Shown here piece by piece: positions 9,001-24,000 of a DNA stretch of 64,000 nucleotides. Positions within the stretch are counted from its first letter, which is position 1, and each line of letters begins with the position of its first letter. The stretch is from a virus. Under the pieces are notes generated by a model. It did no database searches and was not told the origin of the DNA. It worked only from the letters and a program-made list of their open reading frames with translations. The stretch spans positions 1-64,000 of the IMG/VR virus record IMGVR_UViG_3300030104_002385; one strand, given 5' to 3'. Made by a program: the position numbers and the translations under genes.

Positions 9001-12000
9001 TGGTGCTAACCCCATTATCTACAACGGATCCTTCTTTGTAACATCTAGAGATACTGCGAATGTTTTCCAGTATCAATTACCTCAACCTGCTACAGTTGTA
9101 CCTCAAGGTAATATTCTTGTATCTGTTGACCTTAATAAAGGTAAGTCGGATAATACTGCTATTTTAAATGTTATTGGACCATATACAACTAACGTCCAGA
9201 ATACATTTTTCAATGATACCCATGTGTATGTTGCTTCTACAGGTATTCCAAACTATGAAATTGGACCTTTTCCAGGATCTGCACTTCTTCCAGGTAACCA
9301 ACGTAAATTAAATAGGTTCCCTAAAACTTCACAGACAATTTCAACTAAAAACCTAATATCAAGTAATGTACCTGTTGGTACATGGGTAAACGGTGTTTCT
9401 ATATGGTCTTATAAGTCTAAATTAACTAAAACTTTTGGTGCTTTAACTGCAATTTCAATTACTACAGCAGGTAAAGAATATGATGCTGCTTCTCCTCCAG
9501 CTATGACAATAGATGGTGGTGGAGGTAGTGGTGCTACTGCAAGTGTAACTGTTGATGGTTCTATCTCTGAGATCACAGTCACTGCAGGGGGTTCTGGGTA
9601 CACATCATCACCATTGGTGTCTATAGTCGGTGGTAATGGTGCTGGTGCTGCTGCAACTGCTATTATTACCAAAGGAGTTGTTTCACGTATTTTAATTAAC
9701 GATGGTGGTTCTGGATATACTTCACAACCTCAAATAACAATTGTTGGAGGTGGCGGATCTGGTGCAACTGCTACGGCATCTGTTCGTGGTCCTATTAAAA
9801 CTGTTGCTATTACAAGTGGTGGTGCATCTTATACCTCAGTACCAACAGTAAGTCTAAGTTCTGGTAGTGGTGCTGTTGCACAAGCAATCGTTAATGATGG
9901 TAGAATTATATCTATTGCTATCATTTCTGCTGGATCTGGATATACTACTGCACCTGAAGTAACTATTCAAGGTGTTGGATTTGGTGCTATTGCTAGAGCA
10001 ACTATTGACACTGATGGAGAAAATGCTGGAAGAGTAACTAATATTGAGATTATTAATAAGGGTATTAACTATGTTCAAGGAACTACACTTATTAACTTAA
10101 CTTCTATTGGATCTGAAGCTACTTTCACACCATCTGTGTTCCAGTGGACTTACAACCTTCAAGCAACATCAACATTCGATGCTGCGAAAGGTGCTGTATT
10201 TGAAGGTTATAACAACGAATATGGTGGTGAATATGCTCACTTATCCAATCCTCAGAAATTAAGATATATTCTTGGTGATAACTTATTCCAAAATACTGAT
10301 GGTGCTATTAAGGAGCAAGAGACACAATTAGCACACTCACCTATTATTGGTTGGGCATTTGATGGTAATCCGATATATGGACCTTATGGATACACTGATC
10401 CTACTGATCAAACCTCTACTATTACAAAATTAAACACATCATACAGATTAAAGACAAATTTAGTCTTTGATGCAACTAACAACCCATTTCCTTCTAGAAC
10501 TGCTGGTCCTCTTATAACAGATGAGGCTTCTGGTAATTTTGTTGAAGATTATGAGTATGTCTTTGGTTTAGGTGATTTAGATCAATATAATGGACGTTTT
10601 TGTAAGACACCCGATTTCCCAGATGGTAGATATGTATATTTCGTAACTATTGATGCTACAGAGGATGGTAATCCACTATTCCCTTATGTTATTGGTCCTA
10701 GTTACAACTCTGTTGTTGATACTTGGAACTTAACTCCTAATGCTATTCAACAGAACATTCCTACTGGTGTTGTTAGATATAGAGACCCATATGAGAATGT
10801 TGATATTGATGTTGAAAGAACTCCAAACGCAGCATCAAATGCATTAACTATGGAGAATGGTGATATTCTCTTATTTGATGCAGAGGATGATAACCGTGAT
10901 GGTGTTATCGAATCTGATGAAGTACCAAGACAAATGTTCGAGGAATCTCCTTTACAACTCTTTGATTACTTCCCTAAAGTTAAATTTGACTCTAAAGTTG
11001 ATATTGAAGTTGAGACTACTACTAAATTTGAAGATGCATCTGTTACTGGATTTACAGTTGAAAACCCAGGTAAAAACTATCAGGTAGATGATCGTCTTGT
11101 ATTTGATAATACAGATACTGATGGATCTGGTGTTTCTGCACGTGTTTCTAGAATTAAAGGTGAAACAGTTTCTGCTTACACATTTGAAAATATCAGTGGA
11201 TTCAATTTTGGTGTTCTACAAACTTCTATACCTCACAATATTGTTGCTGGCGATCAGGTATTTGTAGATTATACACCTATAATGGCGAATACCAATAAGA
11301 CATTTATTGTTCGTCAATTTAAAGGTATTGAGCAAATTGTTATTGACCAAACAGGATCAGGATATAATACTGACATTCCTCCATCAGTTATTATTGATGG
11401 TGATGGATCATCTGGAGAATTAGAAGCTACTGTTAGTTCTGTAGGATCTATTGATACTATTAATATCATAAATTCAGGATCTGGTTATACTAAGAACCCT
11501 AGAGTTATCCTAACTCACCCACAGATCTTTAAAAAAGCAGATTACTACATCTCTAAGATATCAAATAACAGTTATGTTAAAATTAATGATGTTCATGTAG
11601 CAGATAATAAAGAATCATACCTTTGTGGTATGACTAAGGATGCTAGTGGAAATCAAGTTGCTTTTATTGCTAAAGTTTCAGCAACTGGTGTTAAGCAATG
11701 GGAAAGAACTTTAGAAAGTAATACAGGTCAAAATTATACAGAATTCCAGAAAATTTTTGTTGATGGTAATAGTATATGGGTAGTTGGTGGTAATAAACCA
11801 AATGGTAATATGCTATCAGCATATAACCCTGATATAATCTTAGCAAAATACACACAAGCAGAAAATGGTCTAAGTGCTGCATTAACTTTCCAGAAAGGAT
11901 ATGCTGGTATTTCAGGTTCTACTCGTGCTGATTATGTAACTTCACTTAAGAAATATTCAGATACTCGTTTCATTATTGCTGGTTATACCAATACTAACTC

Positions 12001-15000
12001 AGGTGCTCCTTTCGATGCTTGGATTGCATCTATTGACACTACAGGTAATTTTGCTATTAAGAGAAAATTAGCAACTACTAATGCATCCGAGAAAATTACA
12101 GATCTAATTGTTAATGGTACAGATATCTACTTGTGTATGGAAGTTGCTACAACTTCCACTGAAGGAGATGTTAATCCTGCCATTGCTAAGATAACACTTG
12201 GGGTAAATGCATTTACAGTTGATTGGATTAAGCAATACACAAATGTTCTTTATTCTACTCTTGATACAAGCATATGTATTGATGAATTTAATGAAATCTA
12301 TCTCACATCAACTTTAAGACTTAAATCTGATGATACTACTAGAGATAGTTTCTGGGTAGGTAAAGTAGATTCTACAGGAGATTTACTATGGAACTATCGT
12401 TATGTTACTCCAGGTAGAGATATATCACTTGCTAAGAAATCTGTCATTGACATTTTTGGTGATTTAAACATTGCATTTACTAGAACAAATAATACAAACA
12501 CTTTTAAGACTGTAGATTCAGTTAAAATTGGTTATGATGGTAAACTTAAGAACCATAGTACAAATTCATTTACTAATGATAACGTAGAAGGTCTTACTGT
12601 ACACTCATTAGATGTTGATAATTCAGGTGATATTCATCTTTATGGTCAAACCAATTACAATAGAAATGAATTTATATTCGACTTTGCTTCTAATGCAACT
12701 ACCGATGTAACAGGACATTATACACTCAATACTACTTCTGCAACTAATTCAATTACTGTTGCTGGTAATCTTGCTAAGATTTATGGTTATAATCCTGCTG
12801 GTCTTAATAGTTCTTGGGTAAATTCTTACTTTGATATTTCTTCTTCTGCTTTAGGTACAAAATTAGCAAATGATTGGACTTTAGAGTTCTTTATTCATAG
12901 AGTAAGTTCAGAATCTCAAACTTTATCACAAACTAATCAAACTCTATTTGGTATCGGTGGAGCACAAGATGCTACTGGTGGATTATGGTTAGGATATGAT
13001 ATGAGTTCTGGTAAGTTGCAATTTGCAGCAACTAATAATTCAACTGCATTAAGTGGTGCTACACCAGTAGAATCTACACAAACCAACATGTTTGCTAATA
13101 ATAGTTGGCAAGTTATTGGTGTTAAGAAAGAAGGTAATGATTTCAAAGTATATGTCAATGGTATTCAGGTAATTACTGGTATTATTTCTAATACTGCTCT
13201 AGGTGCTAAAACACTATACTTTGGTAACCAAGTAGGTTGGGGTACTGGTGCTGGAGACTTTAAGAAAGAAAGACAAGGACAATTCTATATTGATAATATT
13301 AGACTTAGAAATGGAGCAGTTGTACCAACAGTTCCTAATGATATTCAGAACTTACCTCCAACTGATACTTTTGCATTAAGTTATAGTTGGAATGATACTT
13401 CATGGTTCACTACTAATCTAAACAGATATGATTATATCGATTATGTTGGTTGGGGATTAAAAGTTGATAAAGATGCTGATGCTGCAAGGATTGGTACTCA
13501 AAGTACTCAAACCAATACTCAAATTGGATTTACTAGAACTGCTGTAAGTCCTGTAACTGGAAGTGTATTAACTGTTACAACAACTGGAATATCTTTAGCA
13601 TCTGCTGGATTGCAGTCATTAGATTATGATGATGCAACTATAACACTTCTTCAAGATACTGAGACATTAACTTACACTCAGGATACATGGAGTTCCAGAA
13701 CAGCAACAGTACCTTCACCAGGTTCTCAAAAACTTAAGGTATCTGCTGTAGTTAAAGATCGTTATTTCTTTAAGGTTACAAATACAATTAAAATTGATAA
13801 TATTCAAGAATTAACTGTAAATCAGGCATTCAACTTCACCGTTGGTGCGAAATTAAGATTGAATAATGATTCTGGTACATTTGTTAATAGTGGTTACATA
13901 ATCAAGACAGATACTGTTAATAATAAGGTATATCTTGCTGTTAATAATAATGCTTGGACAGATGATTTAAATACTGGAAAATTAGTTACAGAACAGTTTA
14001 ATGAGCAAAGTACTTATGGTATTGTAGGACCAATTCCAAATGATACTAATATTATACAAAATTATGTTTTCTCAATGGTCAACAATACCACTCCTGGTAC
14101 TTTTGACATAGATTTAGATGATTATAATTTAGATGGCACTGGTTATAATGCTGGTGGTGGTCAGAACCTAGATGGATTTGCTAAGTTCAAACCATTCCTA
14201 GTTGCTGATTATTCAGTTAAAATTGAGGAAGTTGCTGGTGGGTCACCATTTATTGTTGGATCTGTAGTTAATATTGCTGCTAGTAATATTTCATTCAATG
14301 CAACATATACAACTGCTCAAGTTACAGGTCTAACTGCAGTTACTAAGATTACGTTAACTGCTAATTTAAATAAGACACTTCAAGTAACTGCTGTTGCTAA
14401 TACTAATGAAGTGTATGTTATCACAGCAACAAGTCATTATTTGAATAAGGGTGAAATATTATATGTTGATGGTAACCCATCACAGACTGTTGGTGGTACT
14501 GTTTATGATGAGTATGATGGTGCATTTGCTGTAGATACTATAGTAAGTCCTTTAGAATTTACATATAAATTACCAACTATTGCAATTACTGACCCTGCAA
14601 CATCTGCAGGTACTGTAAGTATCTTTGTTAAGTCACCAACTCTTAAAATGTACTATGGTCATCAGTATTTGTTTGACCTAAGTCACTCTTCTCTTGTAGG
14701 TGGTAACTTATCCTTCTCTAAGGATAACTTATACAAACTAGAGTATTCATTCAACTCTATTGAAAGAATAGGTATTCCTGGTGTTACAGGTGGTGGACAA
14801 CCAAGTCCTTCTGTTAAATTGAAAATTGATGATACTATTGTTACTAATATTTCATATTACTTTGATCCATCTAGAACAGGAGATAATTCCCCTGTTGTTG
14901 CTGGTAGTTACTTAGATGTTGTAGAATCTCCTTATAAAGGAACTTTTGATATTACATCTACTTCAGGACAGACAATTACTTCAGGACCAGATACATTCAA

Positions 15001-18000
15001 ATTCCTACTTGCTAATGAACCTGAAGGAAATGCTTCTATATCTCAAACATCTTATAGTACTAGTTCAGTTAAAGCAGTTGGTTCTATAAACGCTATTAGA
15101 ATTGTTAATCCAGGTGGTTTCTATACTAAATTACCTGTTGTTACTGGTATTTCATCAACCAGAAAGATTGAACGAGCAACCATTGAAGAACCAGGAACTG
15201 AATATGCTGTAGGAACTTATAATGGTGTACCTATTACTGGTGACGGTGAAGGTGGTCTTGTACAAATTACTGTTGCTGATGGTCTAGATGACGATGGTAT
15301 AACAATTCCAGGTCAAATTAATGCTGTTGTAATTACTTCAGCAGGTAAAGGATATACCACTGCATCTATTGACATTGATTCAGTAGCAGGAATTCTTGGA
15401 TCTGGATTGACTGGATCAGGAGCAAAAGTAAATGTAATTATCCCACCTTTCGGTACTGAAGCATCTATCTTCACTAAAGGTGATAAAGTTGGTAAGATTA
15501 AGAAACTTAAGAACAATAACTTTGGTTATGATTATCCTCATGACTATACTTTACGTCCTGAGATTACATTCCCATTAAATGCTCAGTTAACTTCTACAAG
15601 TATTCTTTCTAGTATTACAGTAACTAATCCAGGTTCTGGATATTCATTAGCACCTGCTGTAATAATTACAGGTGGTGGTGGATCTGGTGCTACTGCAGAA
15701 TCAAGTATTAAAAATGGTCGATTAGATAATATTGTTGTTAAAGATCCTGGTGCTGGTTATTCATCAACACCAACTATTAGTTTAAGATCTTCCTTTAACT
15801 ATGTTGTAAACCTTGACTTAGGTTTATTACAGTTTGCTTATCCTCATGGTATTGTTAATGGTGCTGCAGTAAGTGTAGCAGTTACTGATACTGGAGATGG
15901 TGCTGATTTCCCTCTTGCTGCTGGTGCTATTGGTCGTCTTAACGCAACTACTACCTATTATGCAATTGCTGGTGCTACTAACTCTTTAGAAGGTGATCAG
16001 TTAAAACTTGCAATTACTGCTTCAAACGCTGCTCTTGGAGACGCAATTTCCTTCGTTAACGCTGGTGAAGGTCGTCAAAGTGTATTAACTGAATCATTTG
16101 GTGGTGCTGCTGAAGCAAATGTTATTACTTCTACTTTCCTTGAAGGTGAATTGGTTTATCAGGGTGATACATTAGATGTTGCTACTGCAACTGGATATGT
16201 TTCTACAAACTCTGGTTGGCAGATTGGACCTAGAATTCTTAAGATTGTTGACTATACAGGAACCTTTGCTAATGGTCAAAAGATTACAGGTGTTATTTCT
16301 AAGTCTTCTGGTACTATAAGTGATCTTAAAGTTGCTCGTGGTGTTCTAGAGATTGGTTCTATTACCAAAACTACAGGTCAGTTTATCGATGATGTTGGTA
16401 AACCATCCGAAATTATTCAAAAAATCCAAGACTCTTACTATTATCAGGACTTCTCTTATGCTGTTAAGTCTGCAGTTTCTATTAGTGATTGGAAAGAAAT
16501 TCTTATTAGAAACGTACACCCTGCATCATTTAAGGTATTTGGTGAGTTAAATCTTAATGAATATGGTCAAATTCCTAATAAGGATACCTTCTTCCAGTTA
16601 ACTAAGTCTGTTGAACTTGCACAGGAAGCAATTGTTCCTAATATTCAGAACTTTGCTTTAGTTGAACCAATATACACAGAGTTCAATAATACCGAGGTTT
16701 TATTCCGTCAGAAGAGATTGACATCTTCAGAGAACATTTTGACCTCTGTTGTACAACGTATTGATGATATTTCTAACCTGTTTGATGGTCAAAAGATTGC
16801 ATTCCCTCTAACTGTTAATGGTAACAACGTTGTTGCTAATGCTAATCAGTTAATGATTGTTCTTAACGGTGTTGTACAAAACCCAGAGACATCATTCAAC
16901 ATTCAGTCAGATTCCATTGTATTCAGTGAACCACCTTCACCACCTGCAAGTGTTAAGTATGCTAACATAACAGTTTCTCAAATTCAAACTGTTGCTTTTG
17001 AGTTTACTAATATTAGCGGTATTTTCCCTAATATTGGAAATCCTCTTGTTGGTAGTAGTACAAATGCAAGATTAATTGTAACTAACGTTACTGGTAATAC
17101 TGTTTCTGGTTATATTACAGAAGGAACCTTTGTTATAGGTGAATTAGTTAGTGTTGGTGCAACAGGGTTCTCTGCTCTCTTAGCATCAAATACTGCTGTA
17201 TCAAATATTGGTCTATTTACATTTGGTGAGAATGTAACTAACTTAACTGGAGATATTGCAAAAGTTGAACAAATTAACTTAGCAACAGGTCAAGAAACTC
17301 CAGCAGCACAATTGCGTTATGCAGTTGGACCTTCAACTACAAGTATTGAGGTAATTCCTTATGGAGGTGCTTCATTATCACCAGTCACTGCTGGAACCTT
17401 TGTAGCAACTCAGAATTATCAATTTGGATCTGAGATATTCCTAGTCAATAGTATTACTGATAATGCAGACTCCACAACTCTTGGGGTATCAAGAGGACAG
17501 GTTGGAACTCAGGCAGTAGCACAACAAGAAAATACACCAGTTTATAGCACTGTTATTGCTGTTACTAATGCATTAACATTAAGTAAGACTGCTGGTACAT
17601 ATAAGTCAACTCCTGGATTATTTGATATTCAGTTGAATGATATTATTATTGGTTCTAATTCTGGAGTTGTTGCTAGTGTTGCATCTACTAGTGCGTATCA
17701 AGATCCTACAACCAATGAGTTTATAGGACAGGTTAATATTTCTCCTGGATCTTCTTTCTTTGGATTGTTATTTAACAGAATTACTTCTTCATCATATCCT
17801 AATGTTGTTCTAGATAACATTTCTCAATCTCAAGTTAATGTTGTAGATTTCACTGATAATCTTACTGCATTTGATAGTAAGTTCCCTGCAAATGAATTAA
17901 TCAATAATTATGTAATACCTTATGATAATGCTGTAGGAAGTATAGTTCAGGATGAATATGTTCGTAACTATAGGATCAATTATGGTAATAATGTTGGAGA

Positions 18001-21000
18001 CTTTACTAGTTCAGAAGATGGAAGAGTAAGAAAACTATCTTTCTACGACAAGCAAGGAACTGGTTTCTTTAATAATGGTCAGATCATAAGAACTAGGGAT
18101 ACAAAGGCAGAAGTTATCGGTTATAGTCAGGCACGTGATATTGTTTATCTTGGTAAGATAGGTAGAACACAATCAAATGGTGAAGATTATTACAAATTCA
18201 CCTTTAGTGAAGATGCTAAATTAGATACTACACAGAAAAAATTTGGTTTAACTTCATTAGAACTTGCAGCAGCAGATTATATTAGCACTCCTTCAACTAC
18301 AGAAATTGCTTTTGGTTCTGGTGTGTTCACTGTAGATCTATGGATAAGACCTGCTACTGCTTCATTAAGTGGTAATGTTGATATTTTTGATACAAGATCA
18401 TCAGGTGCAACTGAAGTTGCTGGTAGATTGTATTTGGCAACTGGTCAACCACGTTGGCATGTTAATGGTTCTGATTTAGTAACTACAAGTACCACTTTAA
18501 CTGCTGATACTTGGGTACATATTGCTATTGTCAGAGTATCCACTACAACAAAAATTTATATAAACGGTACTGAGGCAGGGACTGCTACTGATAACTCATC
18601 ATATATCGCAAAACCAATTCGTATCGGTGCTGATTATGCAGGTGCTAATGGATTTACTGGTCATGTTGATGAATTAAGAATTTCAAATACTTCTCGTTAT
18701 ACCACAGCATTTACTGCTCCTAATGGAATATACCAAGGTGATGCTAATACAAAATTACTACTTCACTTTGAAGGTATAGATGGTGGAGTACATGTTGAAG
18801 ATTGGTCTGGTGTAGAATCATTTACAGCAGGTGAATACTTCAATAATGATTCTATTATTGATACTGTGCGTAAAGTTGCTGGTAAGCATACTTGGGCTGG
18901 TGGTACAGCTAACAATGCTATTAGAATAACAGGTGGTGTAGAAAAGGATGTTACTGATGCTACTTACAATCCAAATACAGGTGACCTAGTATTAACAATT
19001 GGATCACACAGTTATACAACATCTAATACTATTACAATTAAACCAAACTCTTTGACATTTACCTGTGCTAAGGATAATAATGCTACTAATCATACCTATC
19101 CAAGAGTAACTGATCCTGCATATGGTGCAACATTAGCAATCTCAGCAGAAACTGCTACTACAATAACAGTTAATGTTGGTATAGCAAATAGAGGATTTGT
19201 TGGTAATACTCAGAGATACATTAATGCTGGAGATTTGATTACTTCAAACTTAGATTTTATTGCTAAGGAAGTTGTATATCTAATCAATCAGAAATTCCCT
19301 AACTTTACAGTTATTGGTGGTAATGTTAATTGCGAGGATGATGTTAGAGATGTTTGTAAGGCAATTGTATTTGATATTCAGAATGGTAGTAATAGTAAGA
19401 TATGGGATGCAGCGAGTTACTATGTTAATAGAGCAGATGTTAACAATGTTCAACTTCTCAACGTTGAGAAAGAAATTATAGAGACTGTTTGGGCATATGG
19501 AAAGTTAGATGAAATTCTTGACTTTATTGTTACTAACTCTCTATGGGATGTTCAAGGTGATCATGGATTAACTCAGAAGACTGATACTTCTATCACCGAT
19601 TCTACTACATCATCATTTACAGAAATTACTCCAACCAATGTAGTTTATAGTGCTGCAACAGGAGATCTTAAGATAACAAAATCATCTCATGGTTTTGTTG
19701 GTCCTTCTGCACTTACAGCAACAGGAGCAACTTATAATCCTGCAACAGGTATCTTAGAGATAACAAGTAACAGTCATGGTTTACTTAATGGTGATAAGGT
19801 TCAATTAGAAGATGATTCATTAACATTCACTTGTTCAATGGATGAGAACAGAAGCACTCATACTTATCCAAGATCTTCTGATCATGCAAGTCAAGGTTGG
19901 TTAAGTGTTCAGAATAAGCAAACTAATACTTTCCAACTTGATGTTGGTAAAACACCTAACGTAGGTTTCCAACCTTCAGCAGCAACTTATGATGCTGAAA
20001 GTGGTCTCTTAACAATGGATATTGGTGAACATCGTTTAAGAGCAGGTACTAATGTTAAATTAGCGAAGGAATCTTTATCATTCACTTGTGATATGGATGA
20101 TGATTTTACAACTAAGAAATATCCTAGAACAACTGATCCAGTATATAATGATTCTATTCCTATTCTATATGAAGGTTCTCGTCATACAATAACCTTTGCA
20201 ACATATACACCATCATCAGGTAAGATGGTTCTTACTTGTGGTAAGCAGTTTAGTGTTACTGACGCTGCATATGTACCTACAACTGGTGTTATGACACTGA
20301 CTGTTCCTAATCATGGACTTACTGTTAATGATCAGATTAAGATTGTTAATAACAGTATTGTATTTACTTGTGCAATGGATGACCATACTACTGATCATTC
20401 ATATCCAAGATCTACTGATCCTCAAAGTGATAAGAGATTGAGTTTAAGTAACATAACAACAAACACATTTGATGTTAATGTTGGTACTACTCCAGCAGTT
20501 AACTTTACTCCTGGTGCTGGTACAACATACAATCCTGCAACTGGTGATCTAGTACTAGCAATTGGAACTCACTCACTATCTGTTGGTGATGGTATTAGAA
20601 TTGCTGATAATTCACTTACATTTACTTGTAACTATAATGGTGATGGCAACTCAACTCAGAAGACATACCCAAGATCAAGTGGTGAAAATGGTACTGCTGG
20701 TGGAGCATCTAACAACACTGGAACTCCAGACCCTGCATATCAGACTTCCGTCTATATTACTGGTACAACTTCAACAACAATTACAGTTAACGTAGGAACA
20801 TCATCAGATACTTCTACTCATGTATTCGTAACTGCTAATTCAAATGCAATAGTCACAGGTGGTGATTATGCACACATCTTCCAATATGCAGTTCCTAATG
20901 GAATTACATATGACAATCATAGATTTGAAAATGGTGATAAGGTAAGACTTCTTGATAACTCATTGACATTTACTTGTCAGTTAGATGGAAATGATACCGA

Positions 21001-24000
21001 TCACGCATATCCAAGAGTAGGAAAAGATCCTTATGCTGGTAGACAGTTTAAGATTGCTAATAAGACAGATAAGACATTTGAAATAAATGTTGGCATCTCC
21101 CCTGATAAATCCACACATACATTTAAGTCTGCATATCCAGGTGGTCTTATCCATGTTGATAATACTGTAACTTTAGATGTAGGTAAGTCACCTAAGTTGG
21201 TTCATGATATCAGTAATGCAGTTTATACTCCTGCTGATGGTAACATGGTTCTTACACTTGGAACTCATGATTTGGTTGTAGGAGACAATATTAAATTGTT
21301 GAATGAAGCTGTTACATTTACTTGTGATCAAGATAGTGATGTATCTGAGCATGCATATCCAAGAACAACAATTGATACACATCAGGCAACTACTGGTACA
21401 TCTTATAATCCTACTACAGGTATTATGAGTATCACTACCACATCTGCTCATGGAATGAGAAATGGTGATTGGGTTAAATTTGATGATGACTCACTTACAT
21501 TCAATTGCAACTTTGATGGTTATCAAACCAATAAAACTTATCCAAGATCAACTGACCCTGTTAGTGGTAAGTGGATACAAGTTTCTAACGTAGCATCTAC
21601 TACATTTGATGTTCAAGTATTGGATGTTATTCCATCTACAAACTTAGATCCTCATATCTTTGTATCTGGTACAGCAACTGGTATTAAGCAAAAACGTGAC
21701 AAGACTTTTGATACTTCTGTTTCTATCACTGCTGTTGGAACTTCTAATAAGACTGCTTCTGGTGGAGCATACAATCCCGAAACTGGTGTTCTAACCATTA
21801 CTTCTAGTAGTCATGGATTAACTGGTGCTTCTGAGCATACTGTAACTAATTCAACTTATACACCTTCAACTGGTGTTTTAACATTGACCATCGCTGGTCA
21901 TGGATTTACAAATGGTGACAGAATAAGAATTAAAGATGATTCAATAACATTTACTTGTTCTAAGGATTATGATGCAACTATTCATACATATCCTCGTTCA
22001 ACTGATCCCGTAAGTAATAAGTTCTTACATATCGTTAACGTAACTACTAATACATTTGATGTTAATGTTGGCAAGTCTCAAGATCTATCTTCACATACAT
22101 TCATTTCAGCAACATCTAATGGTATTGAAAGGGCAGTTGCTTCAGTAAAATTAGACGCAGATTCAATCACATTTAGTTGTGATATGGGTGGTGGTGCAGT
22201 TAATAAGACTTATCCACGTACTACTGATCCAATTGCTAATCAATGGGTTCCAATTACTAATAGTCAAACCAATTCATTTGATATATTTGTAGGAAAAACT
22301 GTATTTGGTAATACTGCTCATTCATATCAATCTGCAACTTCTAATGGAATTAAGGTTCAGGATGGAACAGTTACAATTAACGTTGGTATTTCATCCAACA
22401 CAACAACTCATGCTTTCGTAGAAGCGAAGAAAGGAGCATTAATTGTTGGTGGTGTTTATACACATACATTCGTTCCTCAAGCAGCATATTCTGTAACTGA
22501 TGCATCTTATAACCCAACTTCAGGTGTTATGGAATTGACCATTAATGGTCATGGATTTGAAAATGGTGATTTCATTCAAATTGCCAACGAATCATTAACA
22601 TTCAGTTGTGGTTTCAATGGAGCATCTGGTACTGCTGCACAAAAAGCATATCCAAGAGCAACTGATTTCTCTAGTGGTAAATGGTTAGAAATATCTAACG
22701 TAGCTACTAATACATTCGATGTTCAAGTTCTAGAAACAGCACCTTCTACAAACACTGATACACATACATTTGTATCTGCTACTAGTGGTGGTGTAGTAAG
22801 ATCTGCTCTTAAGACAGGTGGTGCTTATACTCATACATTTAAGTCTGCAATTGCAAATGGTATTAAGAAGCAAGGACAAGCAATTACAATTAAACCAGAA
22901 GGTCTAACACTTAAGTGCAATATTGATGATAATGCAACTAAGCACATTTATCCTCGTAAGACTGATCCTGCTTATAATTCTGCGTTAGCAATTACAAAAT
23001 ATGATACTAATACATTTACTGTAAACGTAGGTAAGTCTCTTGCAAATGAAGAAAATACACCTTATACACCAACTGCAGCAACATACGATCCTTCAAACGG
23101 TAATATGGTTCTTACACTTGGTAAGCACACTTTGACTACAAGTGACAGTGTTTTAATTGAAGATGAATCATTGAAATTCTCTTGCACGATGGATAATAAT
23201 CAGTCTCCTAAAGCATATCCTCGTTCATTACATGATACTCGTGCTTCTGGAAGACCTGTTGCTATCACTGCTGTTGGTACAACTTCACATACAATAACTG
23301 CTGCTGATTATAATCCTGTAATAGGCGAATTGTTATTGACAGTTGCTAATCATGGATTATCTGAAGGTGACATGGTTAAGTTTGATGTTAATGCAATAAG
23401 ATTTACATGTGCTAAGGATAGTAATGCTACTAACCATGATTATCCAAGATCAACAGATCCAGTTGCTGATAAGTGGATCGAAGTAAGAAATGTAACCACA
23501 ACTCAATTCAGAGTAAATGTTGGTGTTTCTTCTGATACATCTCAGCATCAATTTGTTTCTGCAGTTAGTGGAGCACTTAAGAGTCAAACAGGAACAGTTA
23601 CTGTTAATGTTGGTTCTGCTGGTACTAACGCTCAATTCACACCTTCTGCAGCAACTTATGATGCTGAGACAGGTAACATGACTTTGACTATTGGTCAACA
23701 TGGTATGAAGAAGGGTTCAAGTGTTACTATTGCTAATGCTGGTTTGACATTCAACTGCACAATGAATGGAGGATCTTCTAATAAGCAATATCCAAGATCA
23801 ACAGACCCATATGGTAATCTTAAGTCTATCCCTGTTACACATATAGGACATACACATCATACAATTACTAATGCCACTTACAGTCCTGGTATTGGTAAGT
23901 TAACGATAACCATTCCTAGTCATGGTTTCTCTAATGGTGATTATGTTCAGATTGTAGATAATTCAATAACATTTAGATGTGAACTAGATGGCAATACCAC

